Part shown: piece after piece, positions 17,980 to 23,023 of the stretch | Layout of the letters: every line of letters starts with the position of its first letter | How positions within the stretch are numbered: the first letter of the stretch is position 1 | Origin: Shumkonia mesophila | GTDB lineage: Bacteria > Pseudomonadota > Alphaproteobacteria > Rhodospirillales > Shumkoniaceae | Direction of reading: 5' to 3' | Length of the DNA: 24,000 bases | Assembly: GCF_026163695.1 (NCBI RefSeq) | Contig: NZ_JAOTID010000008.1 | Coordinates: forward strand, 27,217-51,216 | Translations under genes and position numbers: made by a program | The notes under the pieces: model-generated | Told to the model about the DNA's origin: nothing | Seen by the model: the letters and a program-made list of their open reading frames with translations, nothing else | The model's database searches: none

Positions 17980-18079
17980 GGTGACGGGAGAGGGGTCACC
18001 ACAGAGGTACAGAGACACAGAGATTTCTAAATGCGCGGGCAAAGCCCGCGCAACAAACCCGTCCTCTGTGTCTCTGTGG
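17980..18079. repeat. REP-like nested hairpin element abutting the esterase stop codon
   Basis: The outer perfect 14-bp stem ACAGAGACACAGAG (18009-18022) pairs with CTCTGTGTCTCTGT (18064-18077). It encloses a perfect 8-bp hairpin GCGCGGGC-aaa-GCCCGCGC (18033-18051). A further hairpin GGTGAC-N9-GTCACC lies at 17980-18000. Confidence 0.55.
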
Positions 18080-18080
18080 T

Positions 18081-18752
18081 TTAAACCCCGGCGGCCGCGA
18101 ACGCCCGCGTCAGGAAGTCCTGGCCCAGTTCGATGCATTCCCCGTCGATGCCGTGCGGCAGGCCGGGGCGCGGGTGCGCCTCCACCGTCAGGCCGAGGGA
18201 CTTGAGCCCGGCCTCGGCCTCGGCCAGGAAGGCGAAGGGCAGCACAGGGTCGTCGGTACCGTGGGTGAGCAGAACGGGCGGGGTCGAGCGCATCTCGGCC
18301 TTGAGTTTGTCGAGGCCCACCAGCAGGCCCGAATAGCTGACGATGCCAGCCATCGCACGTGCCCGGCGCAGCCCGACGTGCAGCGACATCATGGCCCCCT
18401 GGGAAAAGCCGATCAGCGCCAGGTTTTCGTCCGCCAGCCCGTCACGCGCCAGTTCGGCGTCGATGAAGGCGTTGAGCACGGGCGCCGCCCGCTCGGCCCC
18501 CAACAGGCGCGCCTCCTCGGTGAAGTCCTGCAAACTGAACCACTGATAGCCATAGGGTGCCATGTCGAAGGCATAGGGCGCGTTGGGGGAGATGAACCGG
18601 GCATGGGGCAGCGCCTTCTGGAAATAGGGGGCAAGCCCGATGAGGTCGTTGCCGTCGGCGCCCACCCCGTGCAGGAAGATGACGAGTTGCTGGGGCGCGC
18701 CGCCAGCCGCCGGGGGAACACTGGGTCCCGAAAGGGAAATGAGATCCGCCAT
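18081..18752 (-). CDS. Alpha/beta hydrolase, phospholipase/carboxylesterase family
   Basis: 223-aa ORF with LVIFLHGVGADGNDL, the nucleophile elbow GFSQG, and downstream THGTDDPV and PGLPHGI (Asp/His) blocks. Confidence 0.88.
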   Translation of the reverse strand: MADLISLSGPSVPPAAGGAPQQLVIFLHGVGADGNDLIGLAPYFQKALPHARFISPNAPYAFDMAPYGYQWFSLQDFTEEARLLGAERAAPVLNAFIDAELARDGLADENLALIGFSQGAMMSLHVGLRRARAMAGIVSYSGLLVGLDKLKAEMRSTPPVLLTHGTDDPVLPFAFLAEAEAGLKSLGLTVEAHPRPGLPHGIDGECIELGQDFLTRAFAAAGV

Positions 18753-18860
18753 CGCCTGCCTGCCCGCCCTGCCGTTTCACCAAAGATGCCGGCGAGTCCT
18801 AGCCGATGGGGCGGGGCGTTGTCACGCCTGGAATGGAGGGGGGGGCGGCGCCGCGGTCGT

Positions 18861-19142
18861 TCAGGCCGGACCGGCGGCGGGATCGACGCTTGGCCATGAC
18901 GCGGCCTCGGCGACGTCGAAAAATCGCAGCTGGCCGTCGTCCTGCACGGCGTGCAGCAGTTCATGGCGGCGCCATAGGCCGCCCAACGCCTGGCCGAGAG
19001 GGACCAGGTCCATCGGCGTGCCGTCGTCCTTAAGTTGGCACCAGACTTCGGAGACGCTGCGGGGCTGGCGGAAATAGCCGTTCGCCCGCATCCGTTCGAG
19101 GCGATCAGCCGCCGCGACAGAGCCGTCCATGGAGATCGTCAT
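18861..19142 (-). CDS. Hypothetical protein (93 aa)
   Basis: ATG 19142 is preceded by GGGAGGAAAGGGCA (good SD). MTISMDGSVAAADRLERMRANGYFRQPRSVSEVWCQLKDDGTPMDLVPLGQALGG... has host-like GC3 and no family I recognise. The upstream part of track ORF 18861..19463 is discounted. Confidence 0.5.
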   Translation of the reverse strand: MTISMDGSVAAADRLERMRANGYFRQPRSVSEVWCQLKDDGTPMDLVPLGQALGGLWRRHELLHAVQDDGQLRFFDVAEAASWPSVDPAAGPA

Positions 19143-19243
19143 TGCCCTTTCCTCCCTTCCGGTGTTTGTGAAAGAGGCACCTTGGACATGGTACGGGGCG
19201 GCCGCCCCGCGCAACCCCGGAATGACGATATAGCCGCCCGTGC

Positions 19244-19591
19244 TTACGAATCGGCGGCCGCGGGCGATCCGTCGTCCCGGCCCATCGCCGCAAGGATCGC
19301 CGCCTGAACCGCCTTGTCCTGCGCTTTTACCGCCGCGGTCAGCGAAAGCAGCTTTTGGCGGGTGTCGTAAAGCTGATCGACCAGCGACAGCACGACCGGC
19401 AGCAGGGTGGTGTCGACCTCCAGCTCGTAGTGCAGCGTGCAGATCAGCCGGACGCGCGCGCATTCCATGTCGGAGAAATAGAGCGTCCCGGCCTCCTCGG
19501 CCGGCGCCACCAGCTCCTCGTCGATCCAGGCATCGAGGTCGCCACGTTCAAGCCCGGCGATCGCCGCGCACAGCTCTTCGATGGGCATCAT
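19244..19591 (-). CDS. cbpM: Chaperone modulatory protein CbpM-like (MerR-like fold)
   Basis: 115-aa ORF MMPIEELCAAIAGLERGDLDAWIDEELV...ECARVRLICTLHYELEVD. Its ATG overlaps the stop of the upstream DnaJ-like gene (ATGA), the arrangement known for cbpA-cbpM. Confidence 0.7.
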   Translation of the reverse strand: MMPIEELCAAIAGLERGDLDAWIDEELVAPAEEAGTLYFSDMECARVRLICTLHYELEVDTTLLPVVLSLVDQLYDTRQKLLSLTAAVKAQDKAVQAAILAAMGRDDGSPAAADS

Positions 19592-20511
19592 GACAGCATC
19601 TCCTTGCGCGGGTCCTCGGCGTTCTTCGGCTGCCAGGCCTCCAGAAACGCCGCCAGCTCGGGCTCCTCGGCGGCGGGCAGAACGACCTTGAGCGTGATCA
19701 GCAGATGCCCGCTCTCCCCTGTCTTGCGGTTGCGGATGCCCTTGCCGCGCAGGCGCAGCGTGGTGCCGGTGTTCGACCCCTTGGGGATGGTCATCGCCAC
19801 CGGACCCTTGAGCGTCGGCACCTGGACCTGGGCGCCCAGCACCGCCTCCTTCACGGTCACCGGAAGCTCGACATGGATGTTGTCGTCCTTGCGGCGAAAG
19901 AACGGATGCGGCTCGACATGCAGCTCGACATAGGCATCGCCCGCCGGCCCGCCGCCGAAGCCCGGCATCCCCTGCCCCTTCAGCCGCAGCATCTGCCGAT
20001 CCTGGGCGCCCTCGGGGATCTTCACCTGCAGGGTCTTGCCTTCCATGAGCGTGATCGTGCGCGTGGCGCCGTTGGCGGCATCCAGGAAGGCGACCGGCAG
20101 CACGGCGCTCACGTCCTGGCCGGGGGCCCGGAAGGCGCCCCGCGGCCGCCGCCCGCCGCCGCCGAACGCCTGGGCCAGGAATTCCTCCAGGTCCTCGTTG
20201 CTGGAAAAACCGTCGCGCGCCGCGTGCGAGGCATAGGCGGGGCCGTCGGCGAATTCGCGATAGAACCGCTCCTGCGGCCGCTGGGCGCCGCTGGCGTCGA
20301 TCTCGCCGGCATCGAAGCGGCGGCGCTTTTCCTTGTCCTTGAGCAGGTCGTGGGCGCCCGAGATTTCCTTGAACCGCGACTCGGCCTCCTTGTCGGCCGG
20401 ATGCAGGTCCGGATGGAACTTGCGGGCCAGCGTCTTGAACGCCTCCTTGATCTCCTTGTCGGTCGCCGAGCGGGCGACGCCGAGGGTCTCGTAAGGGTCC
20501 TTCATGACCAT
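19588..20511 (-). CDS. cbpA: DnaJ-class co-chaperone lacking the zinc finger (CbpA-like curved-DNA-binding protein)
   Basis: Contains a J domain (KDPYETLGVARSATDKEIKEAFKTLARKFHPDLHP), no CxxCxGxG repeats, and DnaJ C-terminal domains. The start is ambiguous (ATG 20511 with AAAGG SD, ATG 20505, GTG 20523). Confidence 0.85.
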   Translation of the reverse strand: MVMKDPYETLGVARSATDKEIKEAFKTLARKFHPDLHPADKEAESRFKEISGAHDLLKDKEKRRRFDAGEIDASGAQRPQERFYREFADGPAYASHAARDGFSSNEDLEEFLAQAFGGGGRRPRGAFRAPGQDVSAVLPVAFLDAANGATRTITLMEGKTLQVKIPEGAQDRQMLRLKGQGMPGFGGGPAGDAYVELHVEPHPFFRRKDDNIHVELPVTVKEAVLGAQVQVPTLKGPVAMTIPKGSNTGTTLRLRGKGIRNRKTGESGHLLITLKVVLPAAEEPELAAFLEAWQPKNAEDPRKEMLS

Positions 20512-20714
20512 GATGCCTTTCACGCAACGCCGCTGACGGGAGCCCGGAGGGCCCCGCGGTCATCGGCACCGCCGAGGGTATCCCCGGCGCCGCCATTGCG
20601 CCAGCCCGTCACCGAGGGGCGGCGGGCGGCGCCTTCTGGATATGGGGGGCGAGGCCGGAGAGGGCGACGCCGCCGGGGGGCGCGCGCCGCGCGGGAAAGA
20701 CGCGTCATCACCCC

Positions 20715-20743
20715 CTGAAAGCGGAACGGAACGGTGGTATGAT
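20715..20743 (+). promoter_or_regulatory. Putative higA promoter (CTGAAA-N17-TATGAT)
   Basis: The hexamers lie at 20715-20720 and 20738-20743. The spacer contains the direct repeat CGGAACGGAACGG. SD GAGGA at 20758-20762 lies 7 nt before the ATG. Confidence 0.3.
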
Positions 20744-20769
20744 CGCCGGCGACCCCCGAGGACCAGGCC

Positions 20770-21090
20770 ATGGCAAAGAAGAAAACCGCAACGCCCCCGA
20801 TCCATCCGGGCGAGATTCTCAAGGAGGAGTTTCTCATCCCCCATGGCCTCAACGCCAACCGCCTGGCGGTGGCCATCGGCGTGGCGCCGAACCGCATCAC
20901 CGGCATCCTCAACGGCAGGCGCGCCATCAGCGGCGAGACGGCGATCCTGCTGGCCCGCGCCTTCGGGACGACGCCGGAATTCTGGATCAACCTCCAGGCC
21001 CACTACGACCTGGAACTGGCCCGCCTCCAGGTGACCGAGGAACGCGTCCAGGGAGCCGCCTCGCTGGCCCGGGAACTGCGCGTGGCGTGA
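20770..21090 (+). CDS. higA: HigA-family antitoxin / XRE-type HTH protein (no cognate toxin gene adjacent)
   Basis: 106-aa ORF with IHPGEILKEEFL..GL....LA..IGV..NRI..I..G.R.IS..TA..LA..FGT..EFW.NLQ..YDL, the HigA/VapI pattern. Confidence 0.88.
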   Translation: MAKKKTATPPIHPGEILKEEFLIPHGLNANRLAVAIGVAPNRITGILNGRRAISGETAILLARAFGTTPEFWINLQAHYDLELARLQVTEERVQGAASLARELRVA

Positions 21091-21254
21091 ACCGGGGAGA
21101 GGCGCAGGCCCCCCGCGCGATGCAGAGGCCTTAGTTCTCCCTTGTTGACGATGTGCCAACCTTCACCGCGAGAGGTCTTAAGAAGCTTCGCCAATCCGTG
21201 CCACGTAATTTCGACTCGATTGAAGGAGTATTCGTGGATTTCGATCAGCTTCAT
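21003..21254 (-). CDS. Hypothetical 83-aa ORF, possibly a truncated gene extended by read-through antisense to higA
   Basis: ATG 21254 is preceded by GGAG with a 6-nt spacing. The first ~41 codons (MKLIEIHEYSFNRVEITWHGLAKLLKTSRGEGWHIVNKGE) are low-GC. From ~21130 the frame runs through high-GC sequence and overlaps the higA 3' end by 88 nt. The LAKLLK....GWHIVNKG segment is faintly HicA-like, which is weak evidence. Confidence 0.4.
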   Translation of the reverse strand: MKLIEIHEYSFNRVEITWHGLAKLLKTSRGEGWHIVNKGELRPLHRAGGLRLSPVHATRSSRASEAAPWTRSSVTWRRASSRS

Positions 21255-21431
21255 AGCTTGCTCCAATGCGGTTTCCCGTGCATTTAATTAACTGCTCAAA
21301 AGAGTTGCAGAGAACCATGTTTACGGGAATCACCGCAAAAACGCTCTTGCCTGCACCCGACGGCAAAGGGATTCAGGTGGTCTCGCTTGGCGGATAGGGG
21401 GAACGCCGCCGGCCAAATATAGGGGGAGAGA

Positions 21432-22394
21432 GTGGCACCATCGCATGGGGATGATGCGGATGGCGGCAGGGGGATTCAGCCAAGGAACTTTTCTCCGGGG
21501 CGCGGAACACGGACGCTGTGGCTCATCATCGATCTGATGATGGCCATTCCCCAATATGCCTTCCACATGTTCTGGGGAGGGCTATTCGGCTTCGCGGTCG
21601 GCGGAACGGCCGGACTCGTCATAGGCAGCGTCATCGGGATCATCACCAGTTCCGGCGTGCTATGGGTGACGGTCTATTACGTTAGTCAGGCCCGTCGATT
21701 CATGGCCTCGGAGATGGAGCGGCTCCACCGTCGATGGGTATTGAAGGAGGAGAAGCCGCAACCTCCAAGGCCCGCGCATGTCAATCTCGTCGGAGCCGTG
21801 TACACGTTCTTCGCCGGGTGCGAGGCCTTACTGATGATGATCGTGATTGTCCCGGGCTACGAGATTCTCGCCGAAAGCCACTCCGCCGCTTACCCGTTCC
21901 TCCAATCGTTCCTAAGTCCCGCAATCGACCAGTTCTTCGCGACATTTCCGTATCTCGATCATTGCTTCGAGCGTCTGTGGGCCGCCGGGCGGGGCGAGAG
22001 GGCGCTATTCATTCGTCTGGGCGTGGCGAGCATCTGGATCATTGGCATCTATGGGGCTGCCAAAGGCTGCCACGGCATGATCCAAGGGTGGGTATATCAT
22101 TTCCGCTACATGCGGCTTGCCCGCTTTGAAATCATAAGAAAACAAGAATTTGCTGTTCTCGCGCTTTCTGCTATATGCTTTATACTATTGGTGACATGTA
22201 TTGGTACATTTACATGGAATGCTGAATTAACATTCTTGAATATTAAGTCTATTCCTAATGTTTCCTCATATAGCTATTATGGATTTCTACAATATTCCAA
22301 AAATTTAACTGCAACATTATTTGAAGTATCCGTAGGATTCGTGGCATTTCTGTCCTTTATGATCGCATCGCCGGCCGTGTTTTCAGAGGATTAA
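21432..22394 (+). CDS. Hypothetical polytopic membrane protein (5-6 predicted TM segments), compositionally mosaic
   Basis: ORF of 320 aa from GTG 21432 (AGGGGGAGAGA upstream), or 285 aa from ATG 21537. Hydrophobic segments include FWGGLFGFAVGGTAGLVIGSVIGII, VNLVGAVYTFFAGCEALLMMIVIV, LFIRLGVASIWIIGIYGAA, FAVLALSAICFILLVTCIGTF and LFEVSVGFVAFLSFMIASPAVF. The frame stays open through ~260 nt of ~30% GC DNA, where random stops would be frequent. No family recognised. Confidence 0.6.
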   Translation: MAPSHGDDADGGRGIQPRNFSPGRGTRTLWLIIDLMMAIPQYAFHMFWGGLFGFAVGGTAGLVIGSVIGIITSSGVLWVTVYYVSQARRFMASEMERLHRRWVLKEEKPQPPRPAHVNLVGAVYTFFAGCEALLMMIVIVPGYEILAESHSAAYPFLQSFLSPAIDQFFATFPYLDHCFERLWAAGRGERALFIRLGVASIWIIGIYGAAKGCHGMIQGWVYHFRYMRLARFEIIRKQEFAVLALSAICFILLVTCIGTFTWNAELTFLNIKSIPNVSSYSYYGFLQYSKNLTATLFEVSVGFVAFLSFMIASPAVFSED

Positions 22395-22491
22395 CCATAG
22401 TCGCCCTGATTGATATCACTCAGCTTGACTCGGGTTGGAGCGCTCCTCGGCGCGAGCCCGGCCGAGGAATTACATGCCCTGTCGGTGGGAG

Positions 22492-22518
22492 GGAGGCTGC
22501 CGGTGGTCGGCAGCCTCC
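22492..22518. terminator. GC-rich hairpin between convergent islet genes (no U-tract)
   Basis: GGAGGCTGCCG-gtggt-CGGCAGCCTCC has a perfect 11-bp stem. It lies 18 nt downstream of the stop of the 49-aa minus-strand gene and ~100 nt downstream of the membrane ORF stop. Confidence 0.4.
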
Positions 22519-22535
22519 ACACTACAAGCGTGGCG

Positions 22536-22685
22536 TCAGTGACGAACACAAATCTTGAACGCCTTCTTGCCAAAATCCTTGGCGTATATGCGCTTTCCGT
22601 TCCGGGTGATCCAGGCACGGAAGATGAATTTCTTACCGTCCGAGGGCCGCTCGTCGGGTGACTCTGATACGCGAAATTTGGACAT
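22536..22685 (-). CDS. Small basic hypothetical protein (49 aa), below the ORF-track size cut-off
   Basis: Hand translation gives MSKFRVSESPDERPSDGKKFIFRAWITRNGKRIYAKDFGKKAFKICVRH. ATG 22685 is preceded by AAGGA with a 9-nt spacing. There is a candidate promoter upstream and a hairpin downstream. Confidence 0.55.
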   Translation of the reverse strand: MSKFRVSESPDERPSDGKKFIFRAWITRNGKRIYAKDFGKKAFKICVRH

Positions 22686-22775
22686 AGGGAGAGTTCCTTT
22701 CCATCATTGGCCCACGATAGGGCCGGGATACGGCGTCTCACGACGCGGTGGCGCACCACTCAGAGTACGATAGTC

Positions 22776-22804
22776 ACATTACCCGGAATTCGAGAACATT
22801 GCAA
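22776..22804 (-). promoter_or_regulatory. Putative sigma70-type promoter (TTGCAA-N17-TAATGT) for the 49-aa gene
   Basis: Minus strand: TTGCAA (22804-22799), a 17-nt spacer, then TAATGT (22781-22776). This predicts a ~85-nt leader containing GCGUC-GUGA-GACGC, a 5-bp stem capped by a GNRA-type tetraloop. Confidence 0.4.
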
Positions 22805-23023
22805 GAACAACGACGGACGGAACCACACCCAACCCGGCCGACCAGCCCCAGACAGTCGCGCACGCGCGGCAGCACCTGCTCCACAAGCTAGCCTTCTCCT
22901 TCTTCCAGCCCTCCCCCGGGAACACCCTGCCCCCTCCCGCACTTAATCCCCCGGCGGCCGGGTGGTCCGGCGGCCGTTTGCCGGCCGGCCGGGCCGGGCT
23001 TGCCTGCCCGGGAGTCGCCCTCC

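Noticed and set aside
19592-20596. Upstream part of the 450-aa minus ORF 19244..20596, overlapping cbpA in another frame.
   Set aside because: The cbpA frame (19588..20523) carries a clear J domain. Only the last 115 codons of the 450-aa ORF (CbpM-like) are credible.
20524-20769. Search for a HigB toxin gene or remnant upstream of higA.
   Set aside because: I translated all three plus-strand frames by hand. None shows RelE/HigB-like blocks (for example ..G.W..R...Q.R..F....), and the space (246 nt) is too short for an intact higB with its own signals.
22391-22773. Track ORFs 22391..22759 (-, 122 aa), 22410..22661 (+, 83 aa), 22555..22773 (+, 72 aa) and 22707..22946 (+, 79 aa).
   Set aside because: They have no SD or promoter logic and odd Ser/Arg/Pro-rich composition, and they overlap the better-supported 49-aa gene and its hairpin and promoter.
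21090-23023. tRNA gene, att-type direct repeats, or an intact integrase/transposase marking the islet as a classical genomic island or IS.
   Set aside because: I found no T-loop/acceptor-like sequence (GGTTCGAATCC type) and no convincing terminal direct or inverted repeats. GCCTT(AGT)TCTCCCTT at ~21128 versus GCCTTCTCCTTCTT at ~22890 is too weak. No long recombinase ORF is present; only the speculative arm-domain remnant is reported.
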